Shown piece after piece: positions 40,765 through 53,523 of a stretch of DNA of 64,000 bases. Origin of the DNA: Octopus sinensis (Eukaryota); contig NC_043012.1 of the NCBI RefSeq assembly GCF_006345805.1, positions 47,306,001 to 47,370,000 on the forward strand, in the 5' to 3' direction. Under the pieces are notes generated by a model that saw only the letters and a list, made by a program, of their open reading frames with translations, was not told the origin of the DNA and ran no database searches. The position numbers and the translations under genes are program-made. How positions within the stretch are numbered: the first letter of the stretch is position 1; each line of letters starts with the position of its first letter.

Positions 40765-40815
<51 letters not shown>

Positions 40816-41029
40816 GAACAAAGGGAAATGTACAAGTATGATAAAGAAGGAAAGTAGAGAGATTAAAGAAAGTGGATGTCAAGAAATGTGAGAGAGGGGG
40901 AACGAGAAAAAGAAAAACGTGAGAAAAAGAAGAACGTATAAGGGAAAGTAAAGGAGAAAAAGGAGAAAAGTTGTACAGAATTTAGATACACACTTACAAG
41001 GTGAGTAAATGCTTACACACGCACACACA

Positions 41030-41091
<62 letters not shown>

Positions 41092-41179
41092 ATATATATA
41101 TATATATTTATATATTCATACACGAATACACATATATGTATGTAAACATACACACATAAAAACATATTTACATTCAAAT

Positions 41180-42030
41180 TATCTTTACAGCTTCAAAACA
41201 GCTGGGGTCTCTTACCTCAGAGAATACGTTGAGGGAAAGCTTTCAGCATAATAAAAGGTCTATCCATGGGTATATTGCTGGGAAACTTGAAGAAAACGGT
41301 AGAATTGACACGAAGGGCAGCCTCTGTTGGACACAAGACAACTATATTACATCACACATTGAAGCGTATGCGTTTGCAATCAAGGAATAGCAGATTGGCA
41401 CAAAGAACCTGGTGAACAAGAGAGACAGTGAGGCTCTTGTAATCGCAAGGTGCAACCGCGTGTGTAGGTGATGTCATGTTTCTATCTGAAACTTCAAGCT
41501 TGTGATTTGCAGCTGTCCTAAAATGTCGTCACGGTAATGTCTTCCTATGAGGAACGATGTTATTACTAAAATAATTTACAATGTCATCTGCAAAAAGAAC
41601 TGAACTGAAATAATCTTAGAAAATCCCTCTTTTATGGAAATCATTCATATACATCAACTGAAGGAATACTGGTGGGATATTCCCATCACAACGTCTGTCA
41701 AATATAAACATAAGAGGCCGGGTATTGTTGTTTGGGATAGAGGGACAATGCTACGTACCATCATAGAGGTCAGCTGCCATGCAGATATGAATATCACTTT
41801 GAAAATCAAAGAAAAATATTTATGGGCAAGTGCTTTGAAACCTCCAGCTTCTATATCCAGACTCTGAATTCATTATAATAATAATTCATTTTAATAGTAA
41901 TTGGTGCACTAGGTTTTGTTAGTAAATTCTTAAAGGAGAATCTGGATTAACTGGGATTTTCAGAAAGAGAAATCAACCGGCTGATTGGTAGATTAGAAGT
42001 GCAATCTGCGAATGAAACAGTAAAAATAGG
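41180..42030 (+). mobile_element. Decayed RLE-type (R4/Dong- or NeSL-like) LINE C-terminal fragment
   Basis: ITSHIEAYAFAIKE*QIGTKNL, EYWWDIPITTSVKYKHKRPGIVVWD, IIEVSCHADMNI, IVIGALGFV. Confidence 0.72.
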
Positions 42031-44040
42031 TAAGAAGGCAAGAGAATACACAGGAGAGTTAGTGAAATATGATTTTATTCAACGAATTCCACTCTCAGAT
42101 ACACACACTTATCGCAGGGGTCCTGCAGTCTTTCTAAGTCCTATAAAAGAAGAACTCGAAATTTGGGCCCGCAACGTAGCCTTTCTCGATATCCTTAAAA
42201 CCACCACCTTTTCATCACTCACCCGTATGCACATGTACATGAATACATATACGCTTTAATGCATGTATATACGTATATGTATATGGATATATATGTAGGA
42301 AGAGGATGTATCACGCAAAGCTACATCGGTGATGGTTATTAGAGATATATTTTAGATAAAAATGTTTTTATTGACAAATCGGAAACCTATAGTATGCGTA
42401 AAGTAGTATCTGGAATGCAGAAACCTGTATGAGTGTGCAATTCTCATTTTTCGACAACACTTGCCCAAACTCTAGAGGGGAAACAATTCGGTGCCGAAAT
42501 TGTACAAGCGTAACTGGCGCCGAATCTTCCACAATAGAGTTTAAGGACGCCGTCTTGCCATAATATCACGTTCGTAGATCAGTTGTTCGAACTGTTGAAT
42601 ACTCATCTTCGAACCCAAGAAGTAGTTATTGTTTTATTAGGTTTAGTGAAATGAGAGCACCTTATGACGGAAGTTGAAAATTATATCTATATAGTGTTTG
42701 AATGTAATCAATAATATTTTTCCCACTGTCATCTGTAGGAACTTTACTTTACGCAGACCAAACAAAAAGTTTATCGCAAACGAAATGATTAAGTCTTTAT
42801 TATTTTATAGACTGACTGAAAAGCAAATAATCTTAACAGATAGTAAAAAAGTGCATTCATTGGATCGGAATGTTTTATAACACTAGTCTCCAACGAAAAT
42901 CATATTCGTCTACAACCACAAATTACTAGCGTAGCTGTATTTTATTCAAAACAAATTACTGTTCTTGTTTATTGGATAACTTTTTAAGAGCGCTATTTGC
43001 CACCATAGATGTAATCCTGAAATATATAGATTTCGTTAAAAGGCTAAAAATTTAAGAAAAAGGCACATAAAACTGGCGCACTGGTATATACTATAAACAG
43101 ATGGAGTTATCTTTGATACTGGAGAAACCATAAACGATATCAAAACTAAAAAGTGATACTAATACGATTTACTGATGACAACTTTCAATTTATAATTCCA
43201 TTTGGAAGAGATTCCGAAAGTCTGCGTGATATTTGCTACATGCTGTAAATTATTAAAAATCATGTCCGAGGTAAATAAACAGGATAGAATTATATGTTTT
43301 CTTATAATTTTCTGGCTTAGTTAGCCGAATTACCTTACGCATTTAGTTACATGAAAGTTAGCCAGCGGTGAATTAGATTTCACTGATTAAAAAAAAAAAG
43401 AAAGAAAACGCCACCATTTGAAGTAGCATTGGGAAACATCAAATGATATAGCGGACGTCGCACGATAGCCGAAAGCAATATTTCCTGGTTAAATATTGTG
43501 CTGGTCGAAATACAAAGTTAACACCTTAAAATGTCGTTAGAAGTTGATACTTTCAAAGATAAAATACCATTTAAAAGAAGTTCATCAAAAAAGCTTTTAG
43601 TTGTATATTTATGCGAGCTGTCCCCATCCCCACCAAATAAATTAAAGCTATTTACAACGTAATGCTGATATATCTGAAATTATTGCATTACTTGTAGCAA
43701 TCGAGACTTACTTTTGGGATTTCAATACTTTTATGCATTATTACATATATGCTATTAGACAAAGTTATAAAGAACTACCCTTAATAACTAGTAAAAGAAT
43801 TTGGCTTCAGTTGGAGGGTATCGAATAAGATTTTTAGTCAAAGGCAGTTTCGTTAGTTGTAGACTACTTATATTCTTAAATTTTTGTTGTAATTAATATA
43901 AAACAAGCAAAGCTTTCATTTAGCGCTGAAATCATTTTTCCAAAGCATTTCAAGAATGTTGACTTAACGATAATACACGTTGAAGATGCAAACATTGAAA
44001 TAATAAGTAGATGAAAGTGACTTGTCAGTGATATAAAATA

Positions 44041-46340
44041 GAGTGATACCTCGCAGTACGAGTTTAATTCGTTCCTGGACCGATTTAGTTTTAAGATTTA
44101 CTCGTTTTACAAATCAAGTTTTCCCATTGAAATTAACTAAAATATAATCAATCCGTTCCAGCCCCGCAAAAAACCCCAAAATAATCTTTTATGGGTTTTA
44201 TAACGGAAAAGATTACAAGGAAAATGACAATTATAAAAACATGATAAAAGAGAATGCAACAGAAATATGTAAACCGGTTTTATCAATTGAATTATCTTAA
44301 AGATGGCACGATTTGTGCGCGAAGATGGTAGAACGTTGAGGAGGATGATTATTGTTTGGAAGGAGAATATCCTTTCATAAAGACTTCGGGAAGAACGATG
44401 CCTGGCGTTTTCTCCCTTACTTCGCTTAAGTTAGGGTTTTTGGATACTTTCTTCTCTTTTCACATTTGCAGGTCGTTTCATTCGAAACATCAAGAAAAGT
44501 CTGCTTTTTCCTGCCTTTCAAAAATGTAGTAAAATTGCGCCAGAGCAGAGTCATTGAATAAAGCAGCAGCACGACATGTAGCTACTTTTCCAGAATGATT
44601 GTTTTCTTACCAATTCAGAAATAAATTGCCACGTTGCCAACACTGTCTCTATGTCACTAGTAGAGATAGCTTTCTCCCCTATCTGATATCCTCTGGGTAA
44701 CCAATCTCTTCCCCCGCATCCGAATGCTGCTGAAGCTTCAGGAGTTTATCGGTCGTCAGCTCCCCTGAATGCTCCTCGACGAGATCGTTAATGGTCCCAT
44801 CATCAACCTCGAGGTCCATGGACTTACGAAGAGACATTATCTCCTCGAATACAGGTGTCTCAAAATCCTCGAAGTTTCTTTCGGATATGCATTGAGACCA
44901 TAGTTTCTTCCATGCAGAATTCAGTGATCTCTTTACACCCTGCCACCGAAAATACAAAGCTAACTCTTCGTGAGTTTTGGAAGGAGCACTACAACATTGT
45001 TTACTACCTGTAAATCGTCGATATCGATGATTTACAGGTAGTAAACAATGTTGTAGAGCTCCTTCCAAAACTCACGGAGATTTAGCTTTGTATGTTCGGT
45101 GGCAGGGTGTAAATCGTCGATATCGATGATTTACAGGTAGTAAACAATGTTGTAGAGCTCCTTCCAAAACTCATGAATTGTTAGCTTTGTATTTTCGGTG
45201 AATTCAAAGCACCGATGAAACAGGTGTTTGGTGTACAATTTCTTAAAATTTGAAATCACCTGCTGGTACATGCGCTGCAAAATAGGGTGGTGTTGCATGA
45301 AAGGTACAGACGTTTTATGAATTTAAATTCGTCCAGGATATCATCGTCAAGTTTAGGAAGGTGAACAGGAGCATTGTTGAGGATGAGGAGGGCCTTGAGA
45401 TACTTCTTAGATACATCTTAGAAGGTAGTTTTTTATTGCTGCTCCGATGACAAGGTCGATTCACTCGGCCAAGAATTGCCTGGTGAACTTCCACATGACC
45501 TGCAACTTCTTCAGGATTTTGTGCGAGTGGAAGACTCATGGATTTTCGGAATGGTACACAAGTAGCGGCTTAATCGTCACGTCTTCACTCGCATTGGTGC
45601 AAAGGGCGAGAATTAGCCTGTCTTTCGTAGGCTTGTGGCCTCGTATATTGTTTTCTTCTGCAGTTATGCAGGTTATTCAGGACATTTTTTTCCAAAAAAG
45701 TCCAGCTTCGTCACATTTAAATACCTGGTGTGCGATTTACACCTCGGCTGCGGTGAACTGACGGAATCCACGCACGAAATCAACAGCTGCCTTCGTGTCA
45801 GAATTCGCTGCTTCTCCATATCTGACGACACTATGAACACCAGTCTTCTTCTTTAAATTATCAAACCAGCAGTGACTGGCCTTACATGCATCTGCTGATG
45901 TCTCTTCTGTCGATGCTCCTGGGTTCAGCTTCAGGAGATCCCCATACAGCGCTCGTGCTTTCTCGCAGAGGATTGTTTCCATCTCCATCATCGTATCCTC
46001 TGCGAGTGGATTCTCGTTGATCCATAGGAAAGGCAATTTTTCCATCTCTTCGTGGACTGATGAGCGTTGCTCGGAGAACATGGAGACAAGCTTTGGCTAT
46101 TGTAACGGCTTTGATCCTCTCCTTTTTCTTCGGAGTGGTGCAAATCATCGATGCTTCAGTCGCATTGATGTGCTATGTCAACTACACACACTCTTCTTTC
46201 ATACTTATGAATGATTTCCTTCTTCAATTCTATCGCAATCAGCTTTGTTTTCTCGCTACTGCCCTTTGCTGATCCATGGCTAACACAGCTAATTAATATA
46301 AAATAATAGCAAAAGCGCACAAAACTAAAATGAAAAAAAT
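44041..46340 (-). mobile_element. Tigger/pogo-family DNA transposon fossil (TIGD1-like transposase pseudogene, about 46280-44450)
   Basis: psq-type HTH IAIELKKEIIHKYE; CENP-B HTH EEMEKL..WINE...ILCEKARALYGDL...KASHCWFDNLKKKTGVHSVVRYGEAANSD; DDE domain start QVFKCDEAGLFWKK; later NSAWKKLW. One TIR, TA|gagtgatacctcgcagtacgagtttaattcgttcc, at 44041; the other was not found. Confidence 0.9.
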
Positions 46341-47399
46341 GAACACAGGTAGGTAAGTATTTGGCAAGTACAGAGCTCAATTTATTTACGTGTGCACTGA
46401 AACTGTGTTGAGTGAATCCTAAAACCACAATAGGTATTGCATTCAGTTCTCTTTGATTTGCACATTGGTGTTAATCTTTCTTCATACAATAAAATAAACT
46501 GCTGTGACATACTCCATTTACAGAATTTTGCTTTCTGGTTAATTAAAAAAATCGTTTTAACATGAGATCACACATTTTATAATTTTGCTTATAAGGTCTT
46601 AAAAATAATCAATAAAAACAATAAAACCAACAGATATCTTTTAATGATACATTTTATAAAATGAGTTTGAGCTTTCTTTATCCGGACATGATCAATATTC
46701 TTACAGAGTAACAATATCTTATCCATCATATCGACTTCGAGGGTTTAAAAAGCGGTATACTGAACATATTAGATTGAGAATAGGTAACAGATAGGTATAC
46801 ACCACACACGTCAGGGGAACAGAAGTGTAATCTACCAGATATGTATACTAGAACTGTCTATATCTGAATTATGATATAAGGTAACTCTCTTGTTAGGGGA
46901 CGTGGAAGCGTTGCATTGAGCAAATTAAGAAGAGATTCCATTCCCAGTAAATCAGTCTTGTTGATGTACACTGGCTGAGTCTAAGGGGAGACTGTGAGTG
47001 ATGCTGCTAATACTACATACATCACTGATTGAGGAGTCGTAGATTAAACCTTATTTCAGTTATAGGCAGGCGTATATCAGTTACACAATGAATGAATGCG
47101 TCCTATCTTCCAAAACTTTATCATTATTATTCCTATCAGTTTTAGAGACAAATTTTAGATCCCGCGTTCGTTGATCAATATCGAAGATTTTAGCTAGAAT
47201 GGTGTGAATCTTCTATTCATTTTATACATAGGCATTAAAGTATTACACAATCACAACACTCACAAGTGATAAGAGTGATCGCATAATTAAGAATAAATAC
47301 ATACCTACATACATACATGCACACATACACACGCCCACTAGCAGACATTAATACACAGACACGCGCGCTGCGCACACACACACATATGTATGTTATGAA

Positions 47400-48300
47400 C
47401 GATTCTCATACAGATCTTCAAAGAATTCGGCCTATCTGCAACAGTTACAAACCACATCCCAAAGATTGACTTCTTGGGGTATAATGAAATATGACAACGA
47501 GTACATACTACACCCAGAGAGATTCCAACGAAGAAAATGTGTTTAAGCACAGAAACTTTAACGACCTCCCGCTACAATTAGAAATATAGCCCCAGTCATC
47601 AGTAAAACAATCTCTGAACTTTCAGTACCGAGGCAGTTCTTCAACTGGAGTATCACTCATTACAAAACATTACCAAAACGTAGATTCTCTGAAAAGTTAA
47701 CATAGTCACCCCACTCCCATCGCAAGAGAATTAGAAAGATAATCTGCTTCAATCCATCATGTAACCAATAAGCTTCTATCACCAACCCAGGAAGTTTTCT
47801 GTCAAGAACCATTTGCATAGAAGCCATAAGTACTATAAGTTATTCGAGCCGTACAACGTTATGCTTTGTAATTCCTTTTACGAAATATTGCTTGTAACAT
47901 CCCACGGATATGTCTACACTTTCCCCAACTTATATCTGAGTCTGTAACAGTCAATCCTACAAGCTGATTTCTGGATGGATCCTACTTCTCAAACGCTATG
48001 GTCTACAGAAAGCCACCCCCACACTATCCTAACACTCTACACGGCATTCAGGGATGGAGAAAAACTTATCCAGCCTGGACTGAGTTCTTTAGAGACTCTC
48101 TCTCACTCTGTAAAACAGTAACAGATTTAATGGAAGTAGTTTCATATTCATATGATACTCGCTCTTTCAATATTATTTCCTCTCCCTCTCATCAAACTCA
48201 CTCATCTACACGCATACGTATAGATTCAGAAAACAGGTGATCAAATCTATTAACGCCTCACCCCCAACGCTTCCCTATTTTTTTCCATCCACCATATTTA
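47400..48300 (+). mobile_element. Decayed Penelope-like element (RT thumb, linker and endonuclease region)
   Basis: TVTNHIPKIDFLG (compare ITIETN..VDFLD), RKIICFNPS (compare RKIIWFNPP) and RSHKYYKLFEPYNVML (compare NHKYHKIFNRNNIKL), in the expected order. Confidence 0.6.
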
Positions 48301-48952
48301 AACAAACAATTGTCAGCTGCTGAACATGACGGATATACAAATATTTCTAATAATTTTCTTTTCTCTAACTATGGTGTTGAATAATGTGCAGGGGCGGTTT
48401 GGAGTGGAAGCTTAGAGGTCGTTCCACTTTCTTGTTTTTGAGTATATGTGTATATGTCTATGTGTGTCCGATGAGAGGGAGAAGAAGTTAAATAATAATG
48501 GCGTGTATTATATAAATCTTAAACATCCTCCTCTAAATGGACTACAGTTTGGTACATGGAGCTTTAAGGAAGCTAATAGATGCTTATATTAACTAAACAA
48601 TAATAGTAATCACGATAATATTAAAAATTAACTTCATTACAAAATATCATTTGATTAGCAATTCGACGAAGAATTTTCATTACTATTGGATTTTCATATA
48701 TAAATAAGTATTCATTAAGTCCAACAAAATATCCGAGAGAGCAGAAACCAAAACAATGTCATCGAATTAAGTACATACCTTTCCGTTAATGTGGTTGCTA
48801 ACGCTTATTCATGACATATTTAGACACATGAGAGTCTAGAGGAAAATGTCGAAACACAAATTTTGTTTAACTATCTATCTATTTATAATTTTGTAAATTC
48901 CATTGAATTATCTATCTGCTTTAAAGCAGGTCTTTGTGTCTCATTTTATTTT

Positions 48953-48953
48953 A

Positions 48954-48984
<31 letters not shown>

Positions 48985-48996
48985 GCGCGCGCACAC
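48953..48996. repeat. Alternating purine-pyrimidine tract (AC)9(GC)11
   Basis: Direct reading; (GC)11 at 48971-48992. Confidence 0.9.
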
Positions 48997-49027
48997 TCAC
49001 GTGTGTGTGTGATTGATTGAAAGATAA

Positions 49028-49930
49028 CACTGGTCAAAAATTTCTTTTGTTTCATTGTTATCAGTACTTGGTAACACTTAATTTGAGTGCATAGGTTTCA
49101 CATCTGAAGTTGGCTATATCCTGAATCCTCTAAATTGTTTGCAGTCAAGGTATTTCAAAATCTCGAAGTTTCGTCTTCATCACACTAATGCCATAGTCTA
49201 TCTGGAGAACTGTGCTGAAACTCTCTTTAAATTAGCTGGGTAATAAAAAAAATGCAAGATACTATTAATTTATTTAAGAACACAATTTGAAACTATTAAT
49301 TTGCCTAATAAGCAAATGTTTATATAAACCTGATTGATAAATAAGGCATTAGTTACTATGAGGAGAAAAAGCTCGTTTCCAGTCTATTCACAGAAGAATT
49401 TGCGCTTGAAGCTCTTGCGTTTGTAGACTGCCTCAATCTAACTTAATGCTCTAGCAGCTGTCTGCCTTCATATATTTGTCTGATCTTCCTTGGTAACGCT
49501 TTTCCTTGGTCTTCAGGTCCTGATGGAAACGCTCAACTTGTTCGTCACTCCTAGGTTCTCAGTAAATCTATGAAGATGACTATACGAGAAACGGAGCTTG
49601 ACACTCATGTTACATGCATGATTACCAAAAACTGACAACATATTGGCTACAACAGTTTCATAGATCTTTCTATTTCCACCTCGAATTAAAGCCATACAGT
49701 CCTTTCCTTGTCATTCATCTTCCTGCCGAAACCTTGATCACGTACAAGTGTACTAATCTGTGGTCCTAAAACGCACCTGCTTTGATCATCACGGAGGACA
49801 AAGCAGGGAGAGCAGAGACTATGTGTTTGAAGCATTCACCATCAATATTTAATGCATTGACAAACTGTTTCATCATGCCTAGATTGATGTGGAGTGGAGG
49901 TAATTAATTAATTTGACCGCAGGCGACTAG
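49028..49930 (-). mobile_element. Chapaev3-like DNA transposon 3' fragment (transposase C-terminus plus one terminus)
   Basis: LPPLHINLGMMKQFVNAL, IKAGAF..GPQI, CNMSVKLRFSYSHLHRFTENLGV, EQVERFHQDLK and KRYQGRSDKYMKADSC match the widespread LPPLHIKLG/GERFHQDI transposase family. Terminus CACTG at 49028. The superfamily label is from memory. Confidence 0.75.
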
Positions 49931-50516
49931 ATTGCAAAAGTTAAACTTACATACAAACTAGAGCATGTAGAACATAAATGTTTTCAGATTTGAATTTCGC
50001 AAGTTAATAACAGTAAGAATAAGTAAAGAAAAATTTTCTACAACTGAGATATTGAAAAAAAATGTTCTCCTGTCCTCTACGTGGTAAGAATAAGAGGCTT
50101 CAAAGTTCATATAAAGCCAACCTTGATAATTATAAATTCCATAGTTTTAGATGTCTCACCTATTTTAATTTCACTAGCTTTAGTTCGAGTCTGCGGCCCA
50201 GCTCGGGTATTGATTTAAATTTGATCTCTAAATGTTCATGAACTGTGCAATTGATTTAATTGTTAGAGTTTCAATGTTATATATATATGCATATAGCTGA
50301 ATGATTAAAATTAACCAAAGGACATACTAAGTATGTCTATCTTTTCATTGATTTCAACCCTTCAACTACTTAACATTTTTGTGGGGCTATAATATTGATT
50401 CTGTTGTTATCATTTTAAAATTATTTCACTACATAATAATAGAATCAATGACATCTACGCAAATAATTCCTCCTGAATTATTTGCACCGTATTGAAATTA
50501 TATATTCATATATACA

Positions 50517-50556
<40 letters not shown>

Positions 50557-50558
<2 letters not shown>

Positions 50559-52314
50559 AACTCACTTATTCACCACTGCAGATGTGGGGTCAGAGGCGGC
50601 GATGATTGATTACATCAATATAAAGGAAGACGATGTAATAAAGGCTATAGATGAAATGAAAACAATCTCAGCTACTGGCCCCGATGGATTCCCAGCAATC
50701 CTTCTAAAAGTATGTAAGAGAGTCCTAGCAAGACCACTGCAGTCTCTCTTTCAGAGCTTCCTTGCAACTGGCAAACTTCCAAGAAAACTGAAGGAAGGTA
50801 AAATATGCCCTATTCATAAAGGAGGTAGCAGAGCGGAGGCCAAGAACTACAGACCTATCTCTCTGACCTCACACATCAGCAAGGTCATGGAACGAATAGT
50901 CAGAAGGAAACTAATCACCTTCCTTGAAGAAAATGATTTGCTGCCTGACACCCAACATGGTTTCCGACCAGGAAGAAGCTGCTTAACTCAGCTCCTATAA
51001 CACTATGACTGGGTGCTGAAACGACTACTCAACCACTCAAATGTGGAAGTCATATATCTCGATTTGCAAAGGCCTTTGATAAAGTCGATCATGGAATGAT
51101 ACGTCACAAACCGCGCGATCTTGGCATAGTTGGAAAATTGGGAGAATGGCTTCATGACTTTCTGAAGAATAGAAGTCAGGTGGTAGTAGCCAATGGGGCC
51201 ACTTCCATTAACACGCAAATAGTGAGCGGTGTTCCGCAGGGCACTGTTTTGAGACCACTACTTTTCGTAATGGCCCTCTCAGACATGCCCTCAGCCACGC
51301 AGAGAGCCACGATCACAAGTTATGCAGATGATACAAAAGTTTCACATGTAATACAGAACCCTGAAGACACTAAGCACCTGCAATGTGAGCTGGACAAAAT
51401 ATACAAGTGGGCTGAAAAGAATAGCATGCAGTTCAATGCTGAAAAGTTTCAAGCTTTATGCTATCAGCATGCAAAACTGAATGCAATACCCAATGAATAC
51501 ACTGGACCCGGAGGGATTGCAATCCCAGAGGCACAATCAGTGCGTGACCTGGGTATTCACATGAGTGATGACGCGACTTTTCATGTACATGTTGCTAAAC
51601 TGGCAATGAAATGTAGACGGCTGGCCGAATGGATTCTTAGAACCTTTAGAACAAGAGAACAAGAAACCATGATGGTCCTCTGGAAGACACTTGTCCTAAG
51701 CCACTTTGACTATTGCCCTCAGCTATGGTCACTATCCAGGGTCAAGTTGATCACAGAACTCGAGGCGATCCAACGAAGCTACACGAAGAAGATAGCCTCT
51801 GTGCAGCATATAAGCTATTGGGAAAGACTCAAGAGATTAAAACTCTATTCCTTGGAGCGTAGGCGAGAAAGATATGCCATAATATATATCTGGAAGATCC
51901 TGGAAGGATTTGTCCCAAACTTTGGCATCGAGAGTCACACAAATGCCAGAACCGGGCGCCACTGCGTGGTACCAAGGACTCCAAATTTGCCATCAAGATG
52001 TAGGACAAGATACTGTGATAGCCTGGGCTTCAGAGGCCCACAGCTCTTCAATATCCTCCCGAAGAACCTGAGGGACCTGCATGGTGTAGATGCGGATGTC
52101 TTTAAAGTAGGACTGGATCTCTTCCTGTCAGGTGTCCCGGATGAACCAACTTCACGGCAGGAGGTGCAGATGAGGGCAGCTGCATCGAACTCTCTCATGC
52201 ACCAAATGGCAGTTGCTAAAAAGCATTCGTGAGGTAAAATCATGTAGCAAACCAACTGGCGGTGCCCCAGCATGGCCACAGCTCATGAGCCGAAACTGGA
52301 AAAATCAAAATCAA
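50557..52314 (+). mobile_element. Young 5'-truncated CR1-group LINE (complete RT domain plus 3' UTR) inserted in (TA)n
   Basis: ATGPDGFP, NYRPISLTSHISKVMER, QHGFRPGRSCLTQLL; one stop (50998) and one 1-nt deletion (about 51063, in DFAKAFDKV); then a 378-aa ORF with SGVPQGTVL, SYADDTKV, VRDLGI and DYCPQLWS. Ends aaaatcaaaatcaa, with (TA)n on both sides. Confidence 0.95.
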
Positions 52315-52325
52315 TATATACATAT

Positions 52326-52428
<103 letters not shown>

Positions 52429-52533
52429 ATATATGTAGATATGTATATAAATGTATATGTATGTGTGTGCGTTTGTGTATAAACACGCTCCAATATATAT
52501 GTATATATATATATACATACATATGTATATGCA

Positions 52534-52592
<59 letters not shown>

Positions 52593-52689
52593 CGGGAAGC
52601 TTTATGAAAATAAACAAAAGACGAAGGCAGGTGGAAAACAAACGAACAATTGTATTAGTATGGCGCTCAGGAAATATAAATAAAACAAG

Positions 52690-52727
52690 TCTTTAACGTT
52701 TCGAGCCTACGCTCTTCAACAGAAAGA
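52690..52727 (-). ncRNA. Minimal type I hammerhead-ribozyme-like motif, copy 1 (variant core)
   Basis: Minus strand UCUUU-CUGUUGA-A-GAGC(GUAG)GCUC-GAAAC-GUU-AAAGA: 5-bp helix I, 4-bp helix II, GAAA, and palindromic ACGU in place of helix III. Confidence 0.55.
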
Positions 52728-52818
52728 TACACAGAGAGAGAAAAACACAGAAAGAAGGAGAGAAAAAAAATGCGTGCAGTAGCTAACGAATCAACATGGC
52801 GTGCAGTAGCTAACGAAT

Positions 52819-52896
<78 letters not shown>

Positions 52897-52963
52897 ATAT
52901 ATGTAGATATGTATATAAATGTATATGTATGTGTGTGCGTTTGTGTATAAACACGCTCAAATA

Positions 52964-53040
<77 letters not shown>

Positions 53041-53138
53041 ACGGGAAGCTTTATGAAAATAAACAAAAGACGAAGGCAGGTGGAAAACAAACGAACAATT
53101 GTATTAGTATGGCGCTCAGGAAATATAAATAAAACAAG

Positions 53139-53176
53139 TCTTTAACGTTTCGAGCCTACGCTCTCCAACAGAAAGA
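53139..53176 (-). ncRNA. Minimal type I hammerhead-ribozyme-like motif, copy 2 (core CUGUUGG)
   Basis: Same fold as copy 1 with one further core substitution. Confidence 0.45.
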
Positions 53177-53267
53177 TACACAGAGAGAGAAAAACACAGA
53201 AAGAAGGAGAGAAAAAAAATGCGTGCAGTAGCTAACGAATCAACATGGCGTGCAGTAGCTAACGAAT

Positions 53268-53327
<60 letters not shown>

Positions 53328-53359
53328 TATAATATATATATATATATACACACACACAT

Positions 53360-53415
<56 letters not shown>

Positions 53416-53436
53416 CGTATATATATATATATATAT

Positions 53437-53523
<87 letters not shown>

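Noticed and set aside
46828-47085. Possible solo LTR (tgtaat...gttaca with TATA- and ATTAAA-like motifs); 42030-42200 looks similar
   Set aside because: No matching target-site duplication and no second copy in the window.
52591-53271. Repeat-spacer appearance suggestive of a CRISPR array
   Set aside because: Only two long units with identical intervening sequence, a eukaryotic context and no cas genes.
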